From the NCBI RefSeq assembly GCF_009914755.1, contig NC_060931.1: 64,000 nt of DNA. One strand, 5' to 3'. The position numbers were made by a program, and so were the translations under genes. This document shows, one piece after another, positions 1 through 16,105 of this stretch. The notes under the pieces were generated by a model. It saw only the letters and a program-made list of their open reading frames with translations, searched no databases and was not told the origin of the DNA. The stretch comes from the human T2T-CHM13v2.0 reference genome, Homo sapiens. How positions within the stretch are numbered: the stretch's first letter is position 1; every line of letters begins with the position of its first letter.

Positions 1-97
1 TAAAGCCTTAGTTTACAGGCATATATTATCATTGCAAAGGATGACTGCAAAAGAGAGTTCTCACTGTGACCAGTCATGGGATCTTTAAAAGTTGTCA

Positions 98-668
<571 letters not shown>

Positions 669-963
669 TAAAAATGAAAATTTCAAATCCTCAAGGAATT
701 TGAAGATCTCTCCAAATGCATTTTCACGTCCCTGTTTTGAGAGCCATCCCTGGGAAATCACCCCCGCCCACACACAGCAAGACCCCAGGGTCCAGGACCA
801 CCTCATTGTATAACGTCCAGGACAGAGCAAGCACTTGGTAAATGCTAACAGGTGATTAAGTGAAGGAAGGAAAGATCTGGAGTGCAAGCAGGGGATGAAG
901 ACACATGCAAAACGTTGGTTCAGAAGGTGCCCCTTCCCACAGTGGAGTGGAGGAATCTCAAAG

Positions 964-1304
964 GCAGGGGTCCATGGTCCCCAGCTGGTCCGTGACTTGT
1001 TACAAATCAGGTTGTGCAGCAGGAGGTGAGTGGCAGGTGAGGGAGCATTACCGCTGGAGCTCCGTCTCTTGTCAGATCAGTGGTGGCATCAGATTCTCAC
1101 GGGAGCGTGAACTCTATTGTGAACTGCGCACGTGAGGGATCTAGGTTGCATGTTCCTAATGAGAATCTAATGCCTGATGATCTGACATGGAACAGTTTCA
1201 TCCCCAGACCATCTGGCTAACTCCTACCCCCAACCCCATCCCCATTCGTTGAAAAATTGTCTTTTTTGAAACTGATCCCTGGTGTCAAAAAGGTTGGGGG
1301 TGCT
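964..1304 (+). mobile_element. MER1B-like hAT-Charlie DNA transposon (MITE)
   Basis: Starts cagggg(t)cc and ends aaaaggttgggg..gctg. Internal cagatcagtggtggcatcagattctca...gatctaggttgcatg...gagaatctaatgcctgatgatctga is typical of MER1. Confidence 0.8.
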
Positions 1305-1529
1305 GGGCACAGTGGCTCACACCTGTAATCCCAGCACTTTGGGAGGCTGAGGTGGGTAGATCACTTGAGGTCAGGAGTTCAAGATTAGCCTGGCAAATAT
1401 GGCAAAACCCTGTCTCTACTAAAAATACAAAAATTGGCCGGGCATGGTGGCTCACGCTTGTAATCCCAGCACTTTGGGAGGCCGAGGCAGGCGGATCACG
1501 AGGTCAGGAGATCGAGACCATCCTGGCTA

Positions 1530-1712
<183 letters not shown>

Positions 1713-2446
1713 TCAAAATAAAAAAAAAAAAAAAAAATAATAATAATAAAATTAGCTGGGCGTGGTGGCACATGCCTGTAATTCCAGCTACTCAGGAGGC
1801 TGAGGCAGGAGAATCACTTGAACCTCAGAGGCAGAGGCTGCAGTTAGTTGAGACTGCGCCACTGCACTCCAGCCTAGGCAAGACAGCAAGACTCCATCTA
1901 AAAGAAAAAAAAAAGAAAAAAAAATGGGGACCACTGTTCTACGGGATAGAGGACAGGGAGGTGGAAGAAAGAAAGGGAGAAGTGTGAGGGGCATTTTGTC
2001 TGCCCTGAGCTCTCTCATACTCGCAGCCCAGGGCAGGCAGGGCTGGGCTTGGAGGGTGGAATGGTCTGGGCAGAGGTCAGTCCGAAACTTCAGCCCTGGA
2101 GGGAGCTGGAGCTGGGGCTTTATCTTGCTCTCTTTCCTTACTTTAACTTAATCTTGTCTTTATTAGTTTTATAGAGATAGGGTCTCACTATGTTGCCCAG
2201 GCTGGTCTTGAACTCTTGGGCTCAGGAAATCCTTTCACCTCAGCCTCACAAAGTGCTGTGATTACAGGTATGAGCCTCTGCACCCAGCTCTTTCCTCCTT
2301 TTAAAAACAAGAAACCTGGCCAGGCACGGTGGCTCATGCCTATAATCTCAATACCTTGGGAAGCTGAGGCAGGCCGATCACTTGAGGCCAGGAGTTCGAG
2401 ACCAGCCTGGCCAACATGGTGAAACCCTGTCTCTACTAAAAATTCA

Positions 2447-2641
<195 letters not shown>

Positions 2642-3969
2642 TCACAGGGAGAGGCTTCTCCCCAGCCCCTGGGAAGCCGAAGAAGCCCTGGCCAGGCCGG
2701 CTCCCAAACTCAGGGGTCCTGCTAGGCACCTGCTGTCACTCTCACTACCGACCTGGGAGAAGGCAATGGCCCATTTATGACACTGGAGGCGAGGGCCATG
2801 CACCCCCTAAGCAGGCAGCACCTCTGGAGCCATTCTGCAGCTGGAGGTTCATTTCCTTCCTGATGTCATAGTGCTCCAAGGTGGCACAGCCAGGACGGGA
2901 GCCTAGGGAATTGTCATCCACCCTGGAGCCCTTTCCGTCTCTCAGCGGCTGTCCCAGCCCTGCACTCAGGCAATTCCTGCAGGAATCGGTGGCCCCTGGG
3001 CGTCCTGGATGGGGAACCACAGCCCCTGAGGCAGAGCAGCACAAACCCTCCAGTGGATCCCGTTCTCTTCTCCCAGGGATCAATGAAGCCCAGGGTGTGG
3101 GAGCTCAGCCTTGGTGTCCCGGCCCCTGTGGTCACACAGCAGCTATTGCTATGGGGTTGGGATGCAGGGAGGAAAAGCCCAGCGTACCCCTTTCCACCCC
3201 AGGCCCCAACTTCTCTGTATTTGTTTATTTACCTTGGAAAAGGCCCCACGGCCCAGGCAGGAAATGGGCCAATTCCAGGAGGCCGAGGCGGGGAACAAGG
3301 AGCTACATTGTGCTCGGGCGGTGGCTCCCCACCCGGGCCTGCCGGGAGCCCAGAGGTGGGGGGGTCTGCATGGGGACCGGGCGGGAAGGAGGCGTGGGGC
3401 TGAGGGGCTGCCAGTGCTCCCAGCCAGCCGGCCGGCCTGTCAAAAGGCTTCTGTGCAGGGGGTGGGATGGGGGCTGTGGCTCCCTGTCCCACCTGGGAAT
3501 GAACAGAGGCTGGGCAGTGGGGGAGGCAGACGCTGGGCTGGGGCTGGCCCCCAGTGGCGACCCAGGGCCCACCTGGCACCGATCTGCCTGCCCAAGGCAG
3601 ACCCTGCCCTGGGAACCCCATCTCCTTGGGCTGAGATCCCACCCTGGGGCTGGGGAATGTTCCCGCCCTCCACCTTCCTTCTGGGGTCTCAACTCCTGCC
3701 AGGCAGCTGGCCTGACCTCAGATTTCCCCTAGCCCAAGGCTATGTCATCATGGGGGCGGCCTGAGGAGGGCTGAGCTCTCCCTGACCCTAGACTCTTCTT
3801 TACTGACAGGCTAGTGTCCATATGGATGGATCATTCATTCACTCATTCATTTATTTAATACACTCCCTGTCTGTTCGATGCACACTCCCCTTCTCTCCAC
3901 TTCTGGCCCCGTTTCCTCTAATCCTTCATTCCTTGGTTCCCAGAGGGTTAAATGTAGATCGATATGTCA

Positions 3970-4167
<198 letters not shown>

Positions 4168-4170
4168 TCA

Positions 4171-4299
<129 letters not shown>

Positions 4300-5535
4300 T
4301 TAAAAATAAGGGTCTCTGAAGACTTCCTGCTACTTTCTGGGTCCATGCCCCTCCTCTCCGTCCTCCACTTCCCACCGGGCTCTTCAGGCTCCAGCCTAGA
4401 TAACACCAGGTTAAATTTTGATCTCCCGGGGACTGGGTGTCGGGAGGGAAAGGCGGGGGGAGTGTCAGAGAGGGGATGGATTTCTCCCACCACACTTGGG
4501 GAGGCCTCCGGATGGATATGTCCTTCCAGCTGATGGACCTCAGGATTGGGAGAAAGATCGGGGACAAGAGACGGGCACAACAGTCACCTGGTTTCTTTTT
4601 CTTCCTTTATTTTTTGAGACTGAGTCTCGCTGTATCACCTAGGCTAGAGTGCAGTGACACGATCTTGGCTCACTGCAACCTCCACTTCCCAGGTTCAAAT
4701 GATTCTCCTGCCTCAGCCTTCTGAGTATCTGGGATTACAGGCGTGCACTGCCATACCCGACTAATTTTTGGATTTTAGTAGAGATGGGGTTTTGCCATGT
4801 TGGCCAGGCTGGTCTTGAACTCCTGACCTCAAGTGATCTGCCCACCTTGGCCTCCCAACGTGTTGGGATTACAGGTGTGAGCCACCGTGCCCAGCCACAT
4901 GGTGTCTTCCGTGACAGCTCCCTCTCTGCTGAAATAGCATTTCCCACCCCCACCCATGGCATCACTCTTCTGCTGCCATTTTCATCAAAGACTGATGTCA
5001 CTTGGCATGTTTTTAGGTTTTTTTCTGGTGGCTTTTATTTTTTTAATTTTAGAGATGAGGTCTCACTATGTTGCCCAGCCTAGTCTCAAATTCCTAAGCT
5101 CAAGGGATCCACCTGCCTCTATCTCCCAAAGTGCTGGGGTTACAGGCATGCACCACCACGCCTGGACCACATTGCATGCATTTTATTTAAATTTTTTTTT
5201 TTTTTTTTTAAGACGGAGTCTCATTCTGTCACCCAGGCTGAAGTGTAGTGGTGCGATCTTGGCTCACTGCAATCCCGGGTTCAAGCAATTCTCCTACCTC
5301 AGCCTCCCGAGTAGCTGGGATTACAGGCGTGAGCCACTGTGCCCGGCCTTTATTTAAGATTTGCCTCCTTAACCATTACACCTGTAATCCCAGCCCTTTG
5401 GGAGGCTGAGGTGGGCAGATCACCTGAGTTCAGGTGTTCAAGACCAGCCAGGCCAAGATGGTGAAACCACATCTCTACTAAAAATTCCAAAATTAGCCAG
5501 GCGTGGTAGCAGGCACCTGTAGTCCCAGCTAATCA

Positions 5536-5637
<102 letters not shown>

Positions 5638-6254
5638 TCACAAAAAAAAAAAAAAGAAGTGTCAGGTGCTGGCAGAGACACTGCTTTTCCCTAATTGACC
5701 TGTTTGGTCCTCACATTAACCATATTTTACAGCTACTCTCATTTACAGATAAGGAAACTGGGCCAATGAGGAGGTGAGAAATCGCTCAAGGCTGCCAGGT
5801 ACAGTGGCTCATCCCTGTAATCCCAGCACTTTGGGAGGCCAAGGGAGGAGGATTAATTGAGGCCAGGAGTTTGAGACCAGCCTAGGCAACATAATGAGAC
5901 TCTGTCTCTACAAAAAATTTAAAAATTAGTGGGGTGTGGTGATGCATGTGTAGTCCCAGCTACTCCGGAGGCTGAGGTGGGAGGATCGCTTGATCCCAGG
6001 TGTCTGAGACAGTAGTGAGCTACGATTGCACCACTGCACTACAACCTCGGTGATGCAATGAGACGCTGTCTCAAAAAAAAAAAACCACACACACACAAAA
6101 CAACAAAAAAACAAATTGTTCAAGGCGAGCCTGGTGTGCCAAGCCCTTGTTCTGGGCACTTGGCTTATATTATCTCCCTTAATCCTTCCCACCACCCCAA
6201 GTGCTAGATACTGGGATTAATTTAGTTGAGCTGTAATACATCAATACTGTGTGA

Positions 6255-6521
<267 letters not shown>

Positions 6522-6773
6522 TGATCTCAAAATCCTTTTGTTTTTGCTTTGGAATGGTCTGGAACTCCTGAGCTCAAGTGATCCTCCCACCTTGGCCTCC
6601 CAAAGGCCTGGGATTACACGTATGAGCCACCGCACCAAGCCCAGGTTGAGCTTTTAAGGTATTAAAGATCCACTAGGTGAAAAAAAAGAGTGAAAGATAC
6701 ATATGCCATTTAAGGGAAGCACAGGAAAACTCCTATTTTGTTTATATGTGAATAGAGGCACATAGATGCCTAG

Positions 6774-7198
<425 letters not shown>

Positions 7199-8304
7199 TA
7201 AAATATAACAGAGAAAACTGCACAAAACAGAAGTGTTCAAATTAAATTTTTTTTTTTTTGAGACAGGGTCTTGCCCTGTTGCCCAGGCTGGAGTGCAGTG
7301 GCTCATTCATAGCTCACTGCAGCCTCAAACTCCTGGGTTCAAGCGATCCTCCCACCCCAGCCTCCTGAGTGGCTGGAAGGCCAAGGGAGGATCGCTTGAG
7401 CCCAGGAGTTTGAGGCTGTGCCACCACACGCAGCTGGTTTTTTTTTTTTTTTTTAATTTTTTGTAGAGACAGGGTCTCGCTATGTCACCCACGCTGGTCT
7501 CAAACTCACGGGCTCAAGCAATCCTCCCATCTTTGGCCTCCCAAAGTACTGAGACTACAAACATGAGCCATCTTGCCCAGCCCCTAGAACGTGTTATCAA
7601 ATAAACACCGATGCAACCCTCACTCAGCTGAGAAGTAAAACATTGCCAGCCAATCCCTAAATGCTTCTGCTTGCCGCTTCCCAATCCTAACCAATGCCTT
7701 CTCCTGACAATTATGATGGTCATGTCTTTGCATTTCTCTAATGTTTCCCATCACGATCAAACTAGTTTTGTTTTGCCTGTGTCCAAACTTTGCATAAATG
7801 AGCAGCATGTGTCTGGTGGACCTGGCTTCTTCCACTCAACATTATGATAAGAAGATTGACCATTTGGTGCCCATAGCTATTGCTCTTGCATTTTCATTGC
7901 TCTATAGATTCTTACTCAACATACCTTAAAAATTTTTTTATTCTGAAATAAGAGCGGGATGCTATTAAAAAAAGAAAAAAGAAGAGAACAAAAAAGTCCT
8001 CCAGTAAATTTAAAATATGGTAGTCAAGGCCGGGCACGGTGGCTCACACCTGTAATCCCAGCACTTTGGGAGGCTGAGGTGGGTGGATCACCCGAGGTCA
8101 GGAGTTCGAGACCAGCCCGGCCAACATGGCAAAACCCTGTCTCTACGAAAAAAATACATAAATCAGCCAGGTGTGGTGGTGTGCACCCGTAATCCCAGCT
8201 ACTCGGGAGGCTGAGACATGAGAATTGCTTGAGCCCGGGAGGCAGAGGTTTCGGTGAGCTGAGAACTGCCACTGCACTCCAGCCTGGGTGACAGAATGAG
8301 ACTA

Positions 8305-8440
8305 TAAAAGAAAGAAAGAGAGAAAGAGAGAGAGAAAGGAAGGAGGGAAGGGAAGGGAGGGGAGGGGAGGGGAAGGGAGGGGAGGGGAGGGGAGAGAAGG
8401 GGAAGGGAAGGGAAGGAGAAGGGAAAGGGAAGGGAAGAAA
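8305..8440. repeat. Polypurine tract (GAAA/GAGA/GGAGG/GGAAG)n
   Basis: About 135 bp of pure A/G on the + strand, following an Alu. Confidence 0.9.
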
Positions 8441-9169
8441 ATTAGAGATTAATTCAGGAGATTCAACATCCGCCTAATAGAAATTCCAGAAAGAGGAAGT
8501 AGAGAATAGAGAGGCCAGGTGCAGTGGCTCACACCTATAATCTCAGCACTTTGGGAGGCTGAAGTAGGAGGACTGCTTAAGGCCAGGAGTTTGAGGCTGC
8601 AGTGAGCTATGATTGAGCCACTGTACTCCAGCCTGGAAAACAAAGCAAGACCTCGTCTCTAAAAGTAATAATATGCCGGGACAGTGGCTCCCCACACTTT
8701 GGGAGGCTAAGGTGGGCGGATCACTTGAGGTCAGGCTTTCGAGACCAGCCTGGCCAACATGATGAAACCCAATCTCCACTAAAAATAAAAAAATTAGCCA
8801 GGTGTGGTGCTGCACACCTGTAACCCCAGCTACCTGGGAGGAGACAGGAGAATCGCTTGAACCCGGGAGATGGAGGTTGCATGAGGTGAGATCGCCTCAT
8901 TGCACTCCAGCCTGGGTGATAGAATGAGACTCTGTCTCAAAATAATAATAATAATAATAAAGTTAAATATAAATAAATAAAAGCAAATGAATATAATGAG
9001 TTTTATTCATTTGTTTTGCTGTTGTTATTGTTTTGGAGACAGAGTTTTGTTCTTGTCGCCCAGGCTGGAGTACAATGATGCGATCTGGTCTCACTGCAAC
9101 CTTCGCTTCCTGGGTTCAAGCGATTCTCCTGCCTTAGTCTCCTGAGTAGCTGGGATTAGAGGCGTGTGA

Positions 9170-9328
<159 letters not shown>

Positions 9329-9754
9329 TAAAATCAGAAGGAAAAAATATATATAACTTTTAGGCCAAAAATGTCTTCACATATATTAATAGATTGATCT
9401 TTTCCCAATGCAACCATAAATATCATTTTTTAAAATTATTATTATTTTAGAAACAGGGTCTCACTCTGACGCCCAGGCTGAAGTGCAGTGGTATGATCTT
9501 AGCTCACTGTAGCCTCCAATTCCTGGGCTCAAGCGATCCTCCCACATCAGCTTCTTGAATGTGACCTCAGGCAGACGTCACCGTGCCCAGCTAATTTTTA
9601 ATGTAATTTTATTTTTTTGGTAAAGATGGGTTCTCATTATGTTGCCCAGGCCGGTCTTGAACTCCTGGCCTCAAGTGATCCTCCTGCCTTGGCCTCCTAA
9701 GGTGCTGGTATTATAGGATTGAGCCACCAAGCCCGGCCCGAATATAATTTTTAA

Positions 9755-9877
<123 letters not shown>

Positions 9878-10071
9878 TAGCTGGGATTACAGGCATGCAC
9901 CACCACACCCAAATAATTTTCTATTTTTAGTAGAGACAGGGTTTCTCCACATTGGTCAGGCTGGTCTTGAACTCCCGACCTCAGGTGATCCTCCCACCTC
10001 GGCCTCATAAAGTGCTGGGATTACAGGCATATGCCACCACGCCCGGCCTAATTTTCTAATTTTTTTTTTTA

Positions 10072-10272
<201 letters not shown>

Positions 10273-10515
10273 TTAGTCGGGTGTGGTGGCGGGCACCTAT
10301 GATCACAGCTTCTCAGGAGGGTGAGGCAGGAGAATCGCTTGAACCTAGGAGGCAGAGGCTGCAGTGGGCTGAGATCGCACCACTGCACTCCAGCCTGGGG
10401 GACAGAGCGAGACCCCGTCTCAAACAAACAAAACAAAACAAAATGAGGACAATGGGGCTTCCAATGGCAACTCGAGACGTTAGTTTACTCCAGAGTCATG
10501 GAGACAGTGAATGGA

Positions 10516-10560
10516 GTGTGTGTGTGTGTGTGTGCGTGTGCGTGAGTGAGAGAGAGAGGA
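10516..10560. repeat. (GT)n(GA)n microsatellite
   Basis: gtgtgtgtgtgtgtgtgtgcgtgtgcgtgagtgagagagagagg. Confidence 0.85.
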
Positions 10561-10817
10561 AGAAGGGAGGGAGGGACGGTTACAGGAGTGTGGGAAAGTC
10601 AACAGGAAAAGGAGGGAAGGTTCGCTGTGAACTGACAGTAACTGTGACATCACAGGCATGTGCGGAGTCCCCGCCCCCCCAGGCACTGTGCCAAGGCCAG
10701 TACCTTCATGTCATGAGACCCTCTCAGCAACTCTGTAACCTTGTCCCCACCAGAATATTCCTTTCACAGCTGAGAAAACAACAGCACAGAGAGGATGAAT
10801 TAAAAATTGTCTAACAT

Positions 10818-11009
10818 GCTGGGCGCAGTGGCTCACGCCTGTAATCCCAGCACTTTGGGATGATGAGGCAGGTGGATCACAAGGTCAAGAGATCAAGACC
10901 ATCCTGGCTAACACGGTGAAAACCCGTCTCTACTAAAAATACAAAAAAGTTAGCCGGGCGTGGTGGCGGGCACCTGTAGTCCCAGCTGCTCGGGAGGCTG
11001 AGGCAGGAG
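10818..11009 (+). mobile_element. 3'-truncated AluY-like element abutting the end of STAG3 homology
   Basis: Alu consensus stops at ...gctgaggcaggag and joins directly to STAG3 exon sequence (ttgctgggcactggacacaagg). Confidence 0.85.
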
Positions 11010-11413
11010 TTGCTGGGCACTGGACACAAGGATTTCTATCAGTGTGCTCTCCTGCACATCACCCAGGTCTGGAGTGCCAGGAGGATCAAAAACATAGAAT
11101 CAAAGATTAGCCACCTTCCAACTCCAAGTTTCCCCCACCCCATGCCACCGTTCCTGCCTTGTACAAGTGAAGCAAGCAATCTCTCCTGGTTTCACCCTAG
11201 GAGGTGGAAGGTCCCTGGCCCTGGCTCCATGTGGCACGTGCTCTGGTCCTTCTCCAGCAGCAGGCTTGTCAGACCCTCCCAGTCCTTCAGCTGAGTCCCT
11301 GCACAGTCCCACAGGTTGTCTACTAAGTAAGCAGCGTGGTCGTGGAGCTGGGGAAGGAGGTGCATGGGGATTTAGTGATGGCATGTTAAAATACCCTAGG
11401 AAGTGGTTACTGA

Positions 11414-11860
<447 letters not shown>

Positions 11861-12739
11861 TGATAAAGGAAAAGGAGGTGCAGAGCTAAGGAAAGCCCCA
11901 AGGAGCTGAGAGAGGAAAAGAGACAGCAGAGAGACTTCCACGGAGATGGGGAGGCCTTAAGTAGGGCAGCAGCACATGTGGGAGAGAAACCGAGAGGGTG
12001 GTGTTAAAGAAACGTAAAAGGAGCCCCACTCACTTCCAGTACAGAAATTCACCCACAGCAGAGGCCAGGCCTCAATTAGAGGCCTACACAATGGGGTAGA
12101 CGCTCTCACAGTCCACGTCCATCAGCACCCCTTCCATGTTCCTGCCCACAGAAAAGCAGAAAGAGTGTGTGAATAGGGACATTGTCTTCTGGCACAATCA
12201 AGGCTAGAAAGAAAAAGAGGCAAAAGCAACAAGGACATAACTCACAAAAAACTCCTAAGTGGAGAGTGGAAGACAAGGGAGTATGGGGAGTTAGAGAAGA
12301 CAGAAATATTACCCTCTCAACATACTGCAACTCAGGAATGACCTCAGTCAACCTGCACAGATGGAAGAGTCAGCTGTGACAGGTGGAGGGAGATGACCCT
12401 GGAAGGGCAAAGGTCTGAGACACTGGCCTCCCCTCTTCCCAGGACTCACTTAAGGATAAGTATCAGTAATCTGACGGCCTCCACTGCCACACTGTACTCT
12501 CTGTCCACGATCATGGAAACCATCCAGTCCTGCAGAAAGGAGAAAGTCACTCAATATCTCATTACGCCCATTCCAAATATTCTGTTCTCTTAGAATCAGA
12601 GCCTCCTAAAGAGAGTGCCTACGTAGAGGCAGATGCTGGGATAGCCAAGACATCTTAGAGCATGAAGGGTAGAAAGATACAAGGTGGGGAAACGGGAACC
12701 ACGACAAAGAGCCAAGCCAAGGAGCACCACCCGTCTCAC

Positions 12740-12830
12740 CTTGAAGCGGCCAGTGAAGGCGTGCGGTCAGGTCCCGGTTACCGTACAGCCCTTTCAGAGC
12801 CTTCACGCACTTCACGCGGACTTCTCGGTG
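12740..12830 (-). pseudogene. STAG3-derived exon, 91 nt (99-nt exon with an 8-bp frameshift deletion)
   Basis: Reads ...[12 protein letters not shown] instead of ...RLELFTGRFK; caccag|CAC and AAG|gtgag. Confidence 0.88.
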
Positions 12831-13277
12831 CTGGTGAGGAGGGAAAACCAAGAGAATGGAAATAAGACCAACCACACTCTACTCGCCCCTACTGAGCGTC
12901 CAGACTCCCCTCTCCGATCCCTCATTCTAGCTTGGGTGTCCCCTCTACTGAGGACTCTGAGATGTCAGAAACAATGAACAGCTGTCTTCATACTTAAAAA
13001 AAAAAAAGGATCACAGCAGTACTCATGATGAGAAGGATCCTTTGGCTGCCCCTTAGCACCTGCATTACCATCCATCAATAACTCTCTTCCATTGGAAAGT
13101 CTCTCTCCCCGTACCTCATGTTTTGAGTCATTTCATCTCCTGGGTATGTCTCTCTCTACCTTATCCTACCCTCCCCAGTGCTAGCGGAGTTTCAAGGTTC
13201 AGCGCCTTGATGGGTTAATCATTGGTCACTAGGTAAAATATCTCAGTGGCAGGCCCAGGAAAAGGTGAAGTGTCCTA

Positions 13278-13478
<201 letters not shown>

Positions 13479-13803
13479 TTAGAGCCACCCTCTCTCCAAA
13501 CTCACTTTCCATCCTACCAGTTAACTCCCTCTCATGGAAGAATTTATTTTCTTGAAATGCCATGTACCCCATGCCTTTCATTTCTTCCTCCCGATGTAAA
13601 TACTATATATATAGTAAAATACATGTAAATATTTTTTCTCTTTTTTTTAAGGGATGGGGTCTCTTGCTGTGTTGCCCAAGCTGGCCTTGAACTCCTGGGT
13701 TCAAGTCATCTTCCCACTTTGGCCTCTCAAGTAGCTAGGACTACAAAAATGTGCCATACCCAGTTAGTAAATATTTTCTTTCTGTTACCAAACCATAAAA
13801 TAG

Positions 13804-14120
<317 letters not shown>

Positions 14121-14492
14121 TAAAAACCAATTTTGAAAGTTCATTCAGGCTGGGCATGGTGGCCAAAAATTAGCCAAGCATGGTGGCGGGTGCCTGTAGT
14201 CCCAGCTACTTGGCAGGCTGAGGCAGGAGAATCGCCTGAACCCGGGAGGCGGAGGTGCAGTGAGCCAAGATCGCGTCACTGCACTCCAGCCTGGTGACAG
14301 AGCAAGACTCCGTTTCAAATAAAAAACTAACACACTGTACAACTGCATGTAAGGTGGAAAAGACAACTGGAATTAAAATGTGCTCAGGTCCTTGTAGAAG
14401 ATAAGAAATCCAGAGGAAAGCAAGCAAAGGGGGAAAAAGAAACAGAAAAGATAAAACGATTGTGCCAACTCAATACTAGGCCATAAGGCTAA

Positions 14493-14808
<316 letters not shown>

Positions 14809-15988
14809 TAGCCCCTACATAAATTTCAAACACCACATTCCCTGACTACAACACAATAAAGTTAGAAATCAAATAACGAAAATATAACTAGCAAAATTCT
14901 GTATGTTTGAAAATTTTAAATATTTTCCCAGAAACTATAAAACTACATGTTAATGTGGATAAATCTCAAACAATCTTAACTGAAATAATTAAATCACAGA
15001 AGCCTGAATAATGGATTCATTTACATAATTAAAGAACACATTCATAGTGGTAACACTATAATGAAAGATGAGAAAGATTAACGCAAAGTTCACCCTAGTG
15101 TTTACCTATGGGTAATAAGGGGACTGTGAGGTAGGGTAGAAAGAAGGTACACAAAGGATCTCTACAGCACTATTAATGTTTCATTTCTTGAGCTGGGGCT
15201 AGAGATCTGGGTGATATCTCATTTTTATTTTTTAAACTACATATACGCTTTGTACACTTCCAGATATTAGAACTTCAATAAAATTATAAAAAAAGAAACA
15301 GAGAGGGAAAAAATAATTAAGTATAATTGTCAAGATGGAGCTAAAAAATAACATGGGTGAACAAGGTGCCACCCACATCTAAGCTTCCTTCCCATGTCAT
15401 GCAATGCCTCTCCTCATCTGCTCCATCAATCAATAAAGGCATAATCACTCCTGTGATACCTTTAAGAAAAGAACACGCTTTAAGAAAAGAAACGCTCTCT
15501 CGAAGCCGGGTGCGGTGGCTCACACCTGTAATCCCAGCACTTTGGGAGGCCGAGGCAGGCGGATCACCTGAGGTCAGGAGTTGGAGACCAGCCTGGCCGA
15601 CATGGTGAAACCCCATCTCTACTAAAAATACAAAAATTAGCTAGGCATGGTGGCACATGCCTGTAAGCCCAGCTACTTGGGAGGCCTCAGCCTCCCAAGA
15701 CCATGAGAATCGCTTGAACCCAGGAGGCAGAGGCTGCAGTGAGCTGAGACTGTGCCACTGCACTCCAGCCTGGGCAACTGTCTCAAAAAAAAAAAAAAAA
15801 AAAAAAAAGAACATGCTCTCTTATTCAAGGTTACCTTCTATCACTCCAAGGATTCACCCCATAATCTTATCTTTCTTGATATGTTACACTCACTAAAATG
15901 TTCACATCAAATCAAGTTTGTAGACACTTGTCCTTACCACCTTACAAAAAGTGAGATGGTATCAACAGAGGTAAGACACTGCTTTTAC

Positions 15989-16105
15989 CTGCATGTCACT
16001 TTTGGCAGCTTTCGCAGCATTGAAAATATCATTGGCTGGTGGCTCTGACTGTTTCCGGCTATGACGATGTACCGCTTGGGACCCTTTCTTTGGATATTTT
16101 GCCAC
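15989..16105 (-). pseudogene. STAG3-derived exon (117 nt, phase 0/0); holds the alternate-frame ATG (16032) of the STAG3L '[15 protein letters not shown]' ORF
   Basis: Acceptor atcag|GTGGCA and donor CAG|gtaaaa; 39 open codons. Confidence 0.9.

Noticed and set aside
2881-3764. Overlapping 283-aa and 217-aa ORFs
   Set aside because: Several frames on both strands are open because of GC richness. The sequence is low-complexity G/P/R with no recognisable homology.
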